Below are positions 10,137 to 18,976 of a DNA stretch of 64,000 nt, piece by piece; position 1 is the stretch's first letter, and each line of letters starts with the position of its first letter. This stretch comes from an uncultured Acidobacteriota bacterium (lineage in GTDB: Bacteria > Acidobacteriota > Blastocatellia > RBC074): the NCBI GenBank assembly GCA_963699175.1, contig OY969418.1:7730689-7794688 (forward strand), read 5' to 3'. The position numbers and the translations under genes were made by a program. Below the pieces are notes generated by a model, which saw nothing but the letters and a program-made list of their open reading frames with translations, was not told the origin of the DNA and did not search any database.

Positions 10137-11033
10137 ATGTCAAACAAAAATTCATTCTTCTGCGCGATCATCCTCGCGCTTCTGGTGTGGCGCGCGCCCG
10201 GTCAAAATGCGCCGCCAGCGAGTGACATTTTTTTGGCCGGCGTGACGCAGCGCGGCGGTCAGCTTGTGCTCGGCAAGCCCGTCAATATTACGAACCGTGA
10301 CGGCTACGACAACCAGCCATCATTTTTGCCCGACGGGAAAGGTTTGCTCTTCACTTCGATACGCGAAAACAATCAGGCCGACATTTATCGTTACGATTTG
10401 GCGACGCAAAAGGTCGAGCGCGTCACCAATACAGGTGAAAGCGAATACTCGCCGACTGTCACTCCGGATCAAAAATTCTTTTCGACGATCCGCGTCGAGG
10501 CCGACCGCACGCAACGGCTCTGGAAATTCCCTTTGCGCGACGGCGAGCCGAGTTTGGTGCTGACGAACATCAAGCCCGTCGGCTATCACGTTTGGGTTGA
10601 TGACAACACGCTGGCATTGTTTGTGCTCGGCCAGCCGAACAGTTTGCAACTTGTGGATGTGAAGACGGAGAAGGCCGAAGTGTTGGCCAATAATATTGGC
10701 CGCGCGCTCCACCGCGTCCCTGGTCAAGTGAACAAGATCAGCTTCGTTCACAAGGCGGCTGAAAAAGAATGGGTGGTGAAAGAACTTGACGTGAAAACGC
10801 GCCAAATCGCTCCGCTCATCAATACTCTGCCGGGCAGTGAGGATTGTGTTTGGCTGCCGGATGGGACGCTGCTGATGGCGCAGGGCAGCAAGCTCTTCAA
10901 ATGGCAACGTGGCAAAGATAAAGATTGGCAGGAGGTTGCTGACTTGCTCACCGCCGGGGTGACGGGCATCACACGGCTGGCCGTCAGTCCGAAGGGCGAT
11001 AAACTCGCGCTCGTGGCTGCACCGGTGAAGTAG
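10137..11033 (+). CDS. TolB-like / PD40 beta-propeller repeat protein (secreted)
   Basis: GGAGG lies 12 nt upstream of the ATG at 10137, followed by a signal peptide. The repeat DGYDNQPSFLPDGKGLLFTS and similar repeats are present. Confidence 0.6.
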   Translation: MSNKNSFFCAIILALLVWRAPGQNAPPASDIFLAGVTQRGGQLVLGKPVNITNRDGYDNQPSFLPDGKGLLFTSIRENNQADIYRYDLATQKVERVTNTGESEYSPTVTPDQKFFSTIRVEADRTQRLWKFPLRDGEPSLVLTNIKPVGYHVWVDDNTLALFVLGQPNSLQLVDVKTEKAEVLANNIGRALHRVPGQVNKISFVHKAAEKEWVVKELDVKTRQIAPLINTLPGSEDCVWLPDGTLLMAQGSKLFKWQRGKDKDWQEVADLLTAGVTGITRLAVSPKGDKLALVAAPVK

Positions 11034-11052
11034 TAGCAGATTTTCGTGTATT

Positions 11053-11820
11053 TCAACTTGGCTTTTGTACAACGCAGATTGCCGACAGGCCGAACGTCAG
11101 CTTCGCAGTTGGCCGTCGTAGATACCTAGCTTCCAGCAAGAGCGCCTGCTCAAACAACCGATTCAACCACTGCAACGATGGCGACAGCGGCTTCACGTCA
11201 GACCCGCTATCGGCCAGTCCCAGTCGTTTCAACACCAAACGCCGCAACGCCGCAGCCGGAAACAACAAGCTGTTCGCATAAGTCTGTCGCAGCACACGAA
11301 AGCCTGTGCGTTCAAGCTTGCTGCTAAATTCTGCCAGCGTGTAACGCCGCTGCGTATCCAAAGCCGCGTCGTGTCCGCTCTTCATCCATTCGTAGGCTGC
11401 GCCACGCACGAACGCGAGGCCACCAGGTTTTAACACGCGCCACATCTCGCGCATCGCCTGTTCATCTGCGCCTACGCCAGGAATTTGCACCAACACATCG
11501 AAACTCGTCACCAGATCGAATGCCGCGTCAGCAAACGGCAAATCGGTGGCCGAAGCCTGAACCAAAAAACGTTCGCCGTTCTGCCGGCAAAATCGCAGAG
11601 CCGTGTTCATGTAATCCAAGCCCACGACGCGCCCCGCGCCAGCGTAGCGCCGCAGCCAAGCCAAATTGCCGCCCGTGCCACACCCGGCGTCGAGAATCAC
11701 GCGGTCGCACTGCTCAGACAAAAACGGATCGAGCAACACGGCAGCCACTTCGCGCATGCCTGCGAACCACCAGAAAGTCTCTTCGAGCTGATAGAGGTAT
11801 TCGTAATCTTCGGTCTGCAT
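11053..11820 (-). CDS. Class I SAM-dependent methyltransferase
   Basis: SAM motif I is ILDAGCGTGGNLAWL and post-I is VGLDY. 255 aa. Confidence 0.8.
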   Translation of the reverse strand: MQTEDYEYLYQLEETFWWFAGMREVAAVLLDPFLSEQCDRVILDAGCGTGGNLAWLRRYAGAGRVVGLDYMNTALRFCRQNGERFLVQASATDLPFADAAFDLVTSFDVLVQIPGVGADEQAMREMWRVLKPGGLAFVRGAAYEWMKSGHDAALDTQRRYTLAEFSSKLERTGFRVLRQTYANSLLFPAAALRRLVLKRLGLADSGSDVKPLSPSLQWLNRLFEQALLLEARYLRRPTAKLTFGLSAICVVQKPS

Positions 11821-11956
11821 AAACGCCGTGACTTTACCTTGCCAACGCGGAAAGACAAAGGCTTGGCAAGCTGTCAGGTGGGCATTAAACTGCGCGTGCG
11901 AATTTGCCTGTTCTGGCGACTCTCTTCATCAACAGCACCAACGTGGAAGGAAGACG

Positions 11957-14275
11957 ATGGCGACGGAAAATCAGACCGTTAAGCAAGCCTCTGGCTTAAT
12001 CACTGCGCTTTGGGCCAAGCCGCGCGTGCGGACGCTGGCGCGATACGTTGCGGCGCTCGCGCTCTGTCTGCTCGTGCTCGGCGCGGTGCTCAACGTGCGG
12101 CGCGAGGCGCGCAAGTGGCCGTATCTCTATCAGGGCGACACGATGTTCTATCACCTGGTCGTCAAGAGCGTGATTGATCACGGCTGGTTTCTCAACGTGC
12201 CGTTGCTGGGCGCGCCGGGACAGTTGAATCTGCGCGACGTGCCGACTTCGGATAACAACCTGCACGCGCTGCTGCTGCGCTTGTTAGCGTTGAATACATC
12301 GCATTACCCGTCAGTGCTCAACAACTTTTTTCTGCTCACGTTTCCGCTGGTCTTTCTTTGCGCGCTCTGGGTGCTGCGGCATTTCGGCTTGGGTTGGTGG
12401 GCGAGCGTGTGGGCGAGTCTGCTCTACACCTTCACGCCATATCATCTGACGCGCAACGAACATCATCTCTTTCTAGCGGCCTATTGGACGGTTCCATTGG
12501 TTGCGTTAATGGCGTTGTGGGTGAGCCGCGGTGAATTGTGGCCGGGGCAGGCGGAGCGTTCGAGTTGGCGTCACTGGCGGCTGGGGTTGAGTGTATTGAT
12601 TTGTTTGGTGCTGGGCGCGACAGGGTTTTACTACGCCTTCTTTGCCTGCTTCTTTTTGTTGCTGGCGGGAGTGCTGGCCGTGATGCAGCGGCGCGATTGG
12701 CGTGGTTGCTGGCTCGCGCTTGGGTTGATCACCATCATCAGCGCAGGCGTAGTCGTAAACCTCCTGCCGAGCATTCTCTATTTCGCCGAGCACGGCAACG
12801 TGCAAATCGTGCGGCGTCAGGCGGGCGAGGCCGATTATTACGGCTTGCGGATTGCGCAGCTTTTGTTGCCGGTGCGCTGGCATCGCCTGCAAGCGTTGGA
12901 GGATTTGAAAACCGAGTACAACCAGCGCTTGTTTATTAACGAGAACGACGACGCCTCGTTGGGCTTCGTCGGTGTGTTGGGTTTTCTAGGTTTGCTCTGG
13001 TGGTTCTGTTTCCGTAAACCGGCGGCGGAGGGGATGAGCAAAGGCGGCGCGGAGGGCTTGCTGCATCACTTGAGCATCTTCAATCTGGCTGGCCTGTTAT
13101 TTGGCACGATGGGTGGCTTCGGCTCTTTAGTGGCCTTCTTCGGCCTATCACAAGTGCGCGCCTACAATCGCATCAGCATCTTCCTGGCTTTCTTCGTCGT
13201 CTTTGCATTGGCGTTGTGGGTGGAGAGTTGGGCGCAACGCTCTGCCGTCACGCGTGCGCGGCAGGTTGCGTTGGGCGTGGCGCTAGTCGTGTTGACCGTG
13301 TTGGCGCTCTTCGATCAAATCAGCCCGAAGACCTTGCCAGAATACGAGAAGGTCAAAGCCCAATTCGTCAACGACGGCACCTTTGTGCGCGAGATCGAAA
13401 AGAACGTGCCGCACGGCGCGATGATTTTTCAACTGCCCGTGATGTCGTTTCCAGAAAATCCGCCGGTGGCGCGGATGAAAGACTATGACCTGTTGCGTGG
13501 CTACCTACACAGCAATCATTTGCGCTGGAGTTACGGCACCATCAAAGGACGTGAAGGGGATATATGGCTGCGCCAGGTGGCCAGCCAACCGTTGGACGAG
13601 ATGGTCGAGACACTGGCCTGGGCCGGGTTCAGCGGCATTTACATTGATCGCAACGGCTATGCCGACAATGCGGTGAGAATCGAGAAGGAGCTTTATACGG
13701 CACTTTGCGATTATCAGTTCTTCAGCCCGGACGAGAAGCTGATCTTCTACAACCTGAAAAACTACCGCGAACGCTTGCTGCAACGCACGCCGCAGAGTGA
13801 GTGGCAAGCGAAGCGTGAGGCGGCGCTCCATCCAATGTTGGCCGTCTGGCAAAGCGGCTTCTCCGAGTTGGAAGGCCCGTCGAATGACAATTGGCGCTGG
13901 TGTGGCGCGAATGGGCGAATGGCGTTGGTCAATCGCACTGCGCGCCCGCAGCAGGTGCGGCTGGAAATGACTGTGGCGGCGGACTACGGCGGTAACGTGA
14001 CGATCCAAGCGCCATTTTTTACTGAGCAGTTGAAAGCGGATAAGAATGGACAGAAGGTGGGCAAGACTTTCGCATTGCCGCCCGGCGAACACGCGGTCTA
14101 TTTTGCTTCCGACGCGCGGCGCGTGTATCCGGCGAATGATTTTCGCGAGTTGGTCTTTCGAGTGCGGAACTTCAGGCTGACGCCTATGGCGAGCGCGATT
14201 GAAGAGAAGAAGCAGGAGCCAGTAACGCAACCGACGCCGATGCAGAAAGGGAAAGCGGCCGGGGCAGCCCGCTAG
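11957..14275 (+). CDS. Large polytopic membrane protein with a C-terminal soluble domain (function unknown, possibly GT-C-like)
   Basis: The ATG at 11957 follows GGAAGGAAG. There are about 12 hydrophobic segments, then a ~300-aa hydrophilic domain. The function guess is weak. Confidence 0.4.
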   Translation: MATENQTVKQASGLITALWAKPRVRTLARYVAALALCLLVLGAVLNVRREARKWPYLYQGDTMFYHLVVKSVIDHGWFLNVPLLGAPGQLNLRDVPTSDNNLHALLLRLLALNTSHYPSVLNNFFLLTFPLVFLCALWVLRHFGLGWWASVWASLLYTFTPYHLTRNEHHLFLAAYWTVPLVALMALWVSRGELWPGQAERSSWRHWRLGLSVLICLVLGATGFYYAFFACFFLLLAGVLAVMQRRDWRGCWLALGLITIISAGVVVNLLPSILYFAEHGNVQIVRRQAGEADYYGLRIAQLLLPVRWHRLQALEDLKTEYNQRLFINENDDASLGFVGVLGFLGLLWWFCFRKPAAEGMSKGGAEGLLHHLSIFNLAGLLFGTMGGFGSLVAFFGLSQVRAYNRISIFLAFFVVFALALWVESWAQRSAVTRARQVALGVALVVLTVLALFDQISPKTLPEYEKVKAQFVNDGTFVREIEKNVPHGAMIFQLPVMSFPENPPVARMKDYDLLRGYLHSNHLRWSYGTIKGREGDIWLRQVASQPLDEMVETLAWAGFSGIYIDRNGYADNAVRIEKELYTALCDYQFFSPDEKLIFYNLKNYRERLLQRTPQSEWQAKREAALHPMLAVWQSGFSELEGPSNDNWRWCGANGRMALVNRTARPQQVRLEMTVAADYGGNVTIQAPFFTEQLKADKNGQKVGKTFALPPGEHAVYFASDARRVYPANDFRELVFRVRNFRLTPMASAIEEKKQEPVTQPTPMQKGKAAGAAR

Positions 14276-14619
14276 TCCTCATCGGGCCGCTTTGTCCGCG
14301 CGCGTTTACGTTCGCTTTGTTGCCGCTTGCTTTCGAGCCGCGCCTGCTTTGCAGCCGCAGTTGGCTTAGTAGCGCGGCGCTTCTTTTTCACGCGCTGCAT
14401 AGCTTCGAGCTTCTCTGCCATCCGTTCATAAGCCGCGTCGCGATTGGCCGATTGCGAGCGACGTTCGGTCGCAGTGACGATCAGACCCGAAGGCCGATGC
14501 GTCAAGCGCACGCCCGTTTCGACTTTATTGCGATGTTGTCCGCCGGGGCCGCCCGCGACGAAGAATTCCAACTCGCAATCGCGCTCTAAAGCTTCCCGGT
14601 CGGTTGGATAGTGCGGCAT
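14272..14619 (-). CDS. arfB: ArfB-like peptidyl-tRNA hydrolase (RF-1 domain, GGQ motif)
   Basis: GGPGGQHRNKVETGVRL contains the GGQ motif and the protein has a basic C-terminal tail. The ATG at 14619 is preferred over the GTG at 14628. Confidence 0.75.
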   Translation of the reverse strand: MPHYPTDREALERDCELEFFVAGGPGGQHRNKVETGVRLTHRPSGLIVTATERRSQSANRDAAYERMAEKLEAMQRVKKKRRATKPTAAAKQARLESKRQQSERKRARTKRPDED

Positions 14620-14648
14620 AACGGTCACGTTAGGTGCGTTTCACAGTC

Positions 14649-15122
14649 CTACTGCTTCTTTGTTTTGCGCTTGTACTTTGATCGAGCTTGCTGATCTTTG
14701 GGCGGTACCAACTCCCCAAAATTCGGAGATGGTTCAGGCGTTTCAAGATACTTTATGTCTTCTTTCCTGTTGGCATATCTGCCAGTCCCGGCGCAAACAT
14801 CAGTCACGAGCATAGGTTTTTCATCAAGCTTGACTTCATTTGCATACACCAAGTACTTATCACCCTTACCGAAGAAAATATCGCAAGTGGTCTCCTGACC
14901 ACTTCTCGTAATAAGAATCTCCTTTTCAACATTGCCTTTGTACGCGCGCGCTCTCCTTAATTTTACGGCCTTATCATTTATTCCGATTACCGTGCCTGCA
15001 AATATTGCTGTTGCCCGATCAAATCTGATTCTTGGAGAATCTTCCGCGCCGCAGGTGCAGGCATAACCCAAGTTCACTGCCATCACCATAGAAACAGTAA
15101 GCAACAATATCTTGAACTTCAT
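14649..15122 (-). CDS. Secreted TIMP/NTR-like protein (Cys-x-Cys directly after the signal peptide)
   Basis: The signal peptide MKFKILLLTVSMVMAVNLGYA is followed by CTCG, then AIFAGTVIG. The gene is visibly more AT-rich than its flanks. Confidence 0.5.
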   Translation of the reverse strand: MKFKILLLTVSMVMAVNLGYACTCGAEDSPRIRFDRATAIFAGTVIGINDKAVKLRRARAYKGNVEKEILITRSGQETTCDIFFGKGDKYLVYANEVKLDEKPMLVTDVCAGTGRYANRKEDIKYLETPEPSPNFGELVPPKDQQARSKYKRKTKKQ

Positions 15123-15165
15123 ATTTCCTCTACTTCAGTTTTGCGGAATCAATCAAGCACTTAAC

Positions 15166-16317
15166 TCAATCTTTAGTACCGCTGCGAATCAGCTCAAACT
15201 CATCTGTAATGATCGGTTGTGGTTTAATGACCGTCTGTTCGACTTGCAGATCACGCCAATGGCGCAGACCGACCAGCAGCAATGCCATCATCGGCACGCT
15301 CAAAAAAATGCCCGTGATGCCGCCTAACTCGGCGCCACACAAGACTGCCAGAATCACCAGCACCGGATGCATTTCAATACTCCGGCCAATCAGACGTGGG
15401 TAGATGACGTAATCATAAATCAGCCGCAGCAGCACGATAAAAACGATCACCGCCACCATACTAGTCACCGAATGAAAGCTGGCAACCAGCGCGGCAATCA
15501 CGCCTAAAGCCGCTGGCCCGACTACCGGAATAAATTCGAGCAATCCCGCCGTCACACCCAGCACCAGCGAATATGAAACCCCTAGCAGTCGCAACCCCGT
15601 GCCAACCACTACCCCGATCAAAAGGCATGCCAACAATTGCGTGCGTATGTAAGCCGCCAGCGTCTCGCTCACGTCTTGCAAGAAATCGGCCACGCGCACG
15701 CGCATGTCAGCTTTGGGCAACGAGGCCAGAAACCGCTGGCGCAGGCTGCGGCCGTCTTTCAAAAAGAAGAAGCCGATGACCGGAATCAAAATGAGCCAGT
15801 GTGAATAGAAACTCAACTCGACCGTGCGCCAGGCAAGTGATTGCAACCAGCCCCACACACCAGCCACAGCCGTATTGAGCCATTCGGTGGATTCTTGTTG
15901 CCAGCGCGCAGGCAAACGATAACGCGCGGGCAGACTAGTCACCATTCTGGAATATTTGTCGAGTTGTTTGGCGTATTCGGGCGCGTTGCCGATGAAGGAA
16001 CTGATCTGATCAGACAGCAGTGGGGCGAGCCAATCCACGGCCATAAAGCCGCAGTAGAAAATCAGCGTATAAACTCCGATGATCGCCAGCGCGCGCGGCG
16101 CACGCCAGGTGACGACCCACAACCGGCGCGGCCCACTCAGCAAGTCCACCAACGGCGAGATCAGGTAACAGAACAAGACCGTGAAGATGAGTAGCAGGAT
16201 GATCTTGCGCAGCGCATAGAGCAGCCACAGCAAGATCGCAGCACCGATTACAACCAGGATGATTTGCAGCACGCGGCTGCGCAATTCGGCTGGCCTAGTT
16301 TGATGGTCAACAGGCAT
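15166..16317 (-). CDS. AI-2E family transporter (PerM/UPF0118)
   Basis: Multi-TM protein with the typical C-terminal IPVVGPA...LSVP pattern. I moved the start to the ATG at 16317 because the listed N-terminal extension runs through the REP stub and into the IS110 CDS. Confidence 0.8.
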   Translation of the reverse strand: MPVDHQTRPAELRSRVLQIILVVIGAAILLWLLYALRKIILLLIFTVLFCYLISPLVDLLSGPRRLWVVTWRAPRALAIIGVYTLIFYCGFMAVDWLAPLLSDQISSFIGNAPEYAKQLDKYSRMVTSLPARYRLPARWQQESTEWLNTAVAGVWGWLQSLAWRTVELSFYSHWLILIPVIGFFFLKDGRSLRQRFLASLPKADMRVRVADFLQDVSETLAAYIRTQLLACLLIGVVVGTGLRLLGVSYSLVLGVTAGLLEFIPVVGPAALGVIAALVASFHSVTSMVAVIVFIVLLRLIYDYVIYPRLIGRSIEMHPVLVILAVLCGAELGGITGIFLSVPMMALLLVGLRHWRDLQVEQTVIKPQPIITDEFELIRSGTKD

Positions 16318-16366
16318 TGGTGAAGAAGCGGTGCAGTACTGGGAGCGGTAGATACCGTGTTGCTTG

Positions 16367-17347
16367 TCAAGCGGCAACTGCATAATTTGGATCGTAGGCC
16401 CGCTGCTTCTTCAACACGCCATAAGCGAGTCGCACCAGTTTATGCATAGCCGCCACGATAATTTGCATCTTCTTCTTGCCGCGCGCTGTGAGGCGTGCCG
16501 CCAGCTCTTTGAACTCTTTGCTTGAACGTAAGGCCGCCAGCGCGGGCAGGTAGAGCGCGTAGCGCACGCGCGGGTTGCCAATCTTCGAGAGCCGTCCGGG
16601 CGCGTTGAGCGAAGTCCCGGATTGCTGCCGCTGCGGCGTCAACCCCGTGTAGGCCGCCGCCGCCCGCGCTGAGTCGAACTCAGCCAGTTGTGGCATCTCG
16701 GCCAGCAGGCGCGCCGCTGTCTCCGGCCCGATGCCAGGGATCGAATCCAGTAACGCGCGTTGCTGCTTGAGCGTGGGATGCTCGTCGAAGTGCTGATTGA
16801 GTTGCCGCTTGATCTCGGCGATTTGCGCCTCGAGCGTCTCAACTACTTTCTCCCAAGACGCGCGTACGGCCTGCGTCAGCCGCCCGTCGGTCAGCCGGTT
16901 GCTGACTTGCGTGCGCTGCTCGATCAGGTCATCGAGATGCCGCACGAGCGCTTGCAGTTCCTGCTGTGCCGGCGGCAAGGGCGTCCAGGCCGCCGGGTTG
17001 TAGCGCCAGCCGAAGCGCGCGATCAAGACAGCATCGGCCCGGTCGGTTTTGTTGCGTTGCAGTTCGCTTCGGCCAAAGGCTTTGATTTGCGCCGGATTGA
17101 TAATACTGACCGTGTGCCCGGCGGCGTGCAGGTAGGCGGCCAGCGCGTCGCCATAAGCGCCGGTTGCTTCCAGCACGGCGTGGACTTGCGGCACACCTTG
17201 TTGGGTGAGCCAGGCCTGCAAAGCTTGAAAGCCGGCGGGCGTGTTGGCGCACTGCCGTTGTTTCGGCTTGCCTGCTTCCGGGTCGCGCAGCAAAGCTACG
17301 TCAAAGGTCTTTTTGCTAATATCAATTCCGAGTTTGGGCAGTGTCAT
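16367..17347 (-). CDS. IS110-family (DEDD) transposase/recombinase
   Basis: MTLPKLGIDISKKTFDVAL, EATGAYG, and the C-terminal Transposase_20-like IPGIGPETAARLLAEM. The ATG at 17347 is preferred over the listed upstream start. Confidence 0.9.
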   Translation of the reverse strand: MTLPKLGIDISKKTFDVALLRDPEAGKPKQRQCANTPAGFQALQAWLTQQGVPQVHAVLEATGAYGDALAAYLHAAGHTVSIINPAQIKAFGRSELQRNKTDRADAVLIARFGWRYNPAAWTPLPPAQQELQALVRHLDDLIEQRTQVSNRLTDGRLTQAVRASWEKVVETLEAQIAEIKRQLNQHFDEHPTLKQQRALLDSIPGIGPETAARLLAEMPQLAEFDSARAAAAYTGLTPQRQQSGTSLNAPGRLSKIGNPRVRYALYLPALAALRSSKEFKELAARLTARGKKKMQIIVAAMHKLVRLAYGVLKKQRAYDPNYAVAA

Positions 17348-17604
17348 GGTTAAGCTCCGGTTGAAGTCCAGCAACGCCAGGCACAAACTTACTGAGCGCG
17401 GTCTTGCCAATGCAGGCTGCTGCGCGTAGGCAGCGCCTTGAGATACCGTTCGGGCTTGAGCAGTAAGTTAAACGGTGGCAGCCTGAATCTACCGCACAGG
17501 CTCTAGGGCGAAGCGACTTGTCAGGTTGCTGCCACCGCTGTCCCAGGCGTCCCTGGGTATGTGCGCGCTACTTTGAGGTGGCGCGTACATAAACTCAACA
17601 TACA
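17348..17604 (-). ncRNA. Candidate bridge (guide) RNA region in the 5' non-coding arm of the IS110 element
   Basis: Its position matches where IS110-group elements encode their bridge RNA. It contains AGATACCGT (17441-17449), identical to the junction at 16350-16358. It also contains ATCTACCGC (17487-17495), the reverse complement of the junction at 16345-16353. No structure was computed. Confidence 0.4.
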
Positions 17605-17687
17605 AGCGACCGGGTTAGCCGCCGATTTGAGCGATTGGCCATCAAGCCAACCCGGTCGCTACCGCTCCCAGTACTGCAGCAGGTTTT

Positions 17688-18851
17688 TTACACTTTCCTA
17701 AATAGCGCCCCCGCAATGGTCAAGCCCGGTCCAAACGCCAAACTGGCGACCAGCGTGCCAGCCTTGATCATATCTGTTTCCAAAACACGCGCCCAAACGT
17801 GCGGCAAGGTCGCCGACGACATATTGCCGCGTTCGTACAACAGCGCGCGACTCACCGCGGTCTGTTCCCCGTTCAGTTCCAGGAGCGCCTGTACCGCATC
17901 AATGATGCGCGGCCCGCCAGGATGCACGGCAAACAAAGTCTGGGCGCGCTCAGCTTCATAATTTTCGCCCGCCTGCGCAAATATCCGCGCGAGAAATCCG
18001 GGCAGTTCCGCCGCAATCTTCTCTGGCACTTCGCGCGCCAGCGTCATCCTGAAGCCCCACTCCGACAACTCCCAAGTCATGTCGGCCAACGAATCCGGCA
18101 CGATCTCTTCACGCACGGCCAGCACTTCAAACGCCGGTTGTGCAATTTCGGCTTCAACCTCACACAACGTCAACGCGTAACGGATGTGGCCATCGGCGAA
18201 GAGGCTCTGCACCACGAGTTGTTCAGGCCGGTGATCGCGCGGGTTGAAATGGAGCGTGCACAACTCGGTATGCACGATCTCGGCGCGTGGCGGCCCGCCG
18301 TTTTGCGGATTGAGCAGTAGCCCTTTGGCCACGCGCAGCGCCGGCACGGCGGCATAACAACCCATGTGATAAATCTGCGTCGCGCGCGTTTGCGTGTGCC
18401 AACCTTTGGCCGCCAGCAGCCGCTGAATCGCGCTGGGCGAAGCGTAGCCGGTGCAGGTGACGTGCAGCAGATCGCTGGGTGCGTCCGTTTCGCCGACAAA
18501 AAAATCCTGCAAGGCGCGGTGGGCTGTCTCGGCAAAGAATTGACTGCGTACTGCCAGGCTGTGTCCCTCCGGGTTTTCGTGCAGATTGAAAATCTGCATG
18601 CGCGACCAATCCTGATGCAGGAAGTCTTCCAGTTCGGAATATCGCCGCCCGATGCTCGATGGCGCGCAGCCATAACGCCGTACCAGTCTGGACATACGCG
18701 ACACGAACTCCGCCTGCGGTTCGGCTTGTCCATTGGCGGTCGCTTCGGCACGCGAGTGCGCGGCGGTCAACCAGTCAGAGACATACTCCTGTGCGCCGTG
18801 ATAACGCGGCAGGATGATATTGAAATTGCTTAGCACCGTTCGTTGTTTCAT
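17688..18851 (-). CDS. Type III polyketide synthase (chalcone/stilbene synthase superfamily)
   Basis: The catalytic triad contexts are HVTCTGYASPS (Cys), FAVHPGGPRII (His) and GNMSSATLPHV (Asn), plus the C-terminal FGPGLT. 387 aa. Confidence 0.85.
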   Translation of the reverse strand: MKQRTVLSNFNIILPRYHGAQEYVSDWLTAAHSRAEATANGQAEPQAEFVSRMSRLVRRYGCAPSSIGRRYSELEDFLHQDWSRMQIFNLHENPEGHSLAVRSQFFAETAHRALQDFFVGETDAPSDLLHVTCTGYASPSAIQRLLAAKGWHTQTRATQIYHMGCYAAVPALRVAKGLLLNPQNGGPPRAEIVHTELCTLHFNPRDHRPEQLVVQSLFADGHIRYALTLCEVEAEIAQPAFEVLAVREEIVPDSLADMTWELSEWGFRMTLAREVPEKIAAELPGFLARIFAQAGENYEAERAQTLFAVHPGGPRIIDAVQALLELNGEQTAVSRALLYERGNMSSATLPHVWARVLETDMIKAGTLVASLAFGPGLTIAGALFRKV

Positions 18852-18881
18852 TTGGGTGAATTAGGACAAGGAGAATTACAC

Positions 18882-18969
18882 GCGGTACAGACCGGAGCGA
18901 TAGCGACCGGGTCCTTGGGTTGTGTCCAATCGGAGGACCCGGTCACTACTGCTCCCGGTACTGTACCGC
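18882..18969. repeat. REP-A hairpin copy (intact)
   Basis: GCGGTACAGACCGGAGCGATAGCGACCGGGTCC ... GGACCCGGTCACTACTGCTCCCGGTACTGTACCGC. Same family as 17606-17677 and 35978-36066. Confidence 0.8.
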
Positions 18970-18976
18970 ACTTCAA

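Larger units (their letters stand above)
16352..17604 (-). mobile_element. IS110-family insertion sequence (about 1.25 kb, no terminal inverted repeats), flanked on both sides by AG (CT on the transposase strand)
   Basis: Boundaries are inferred from the interrupted REP-A arm. It has a single DEDD-type transposase gene, a long 5' non-coding arm (about 257 nt) and a 15-nt 3' arm. Confidence 0.8.
16333..17677. repeat. REP-A hairpin (28-bp arms) whose left arm is split by the IS110 element
   Basis: The right arm ACCCGGTCGCTACCGCTCCCAGTACTGC is at 17650-17677. The complementary left arm is split as GCAGTACTGGGAGCGGT-AG (16333-16351) and AG-CGACCGGGT (17605-17615). Confidence 0.85.

Noticed and set aside
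16318-16383. Listed N-terminal extension of the AI-2E transporter ORF, which overlaps the IS110 transposase stop
   Set aside because: The extension is translated from the REP-A stub and IS sequence. The internal ATG at 16317 gives a normal N-terminus.
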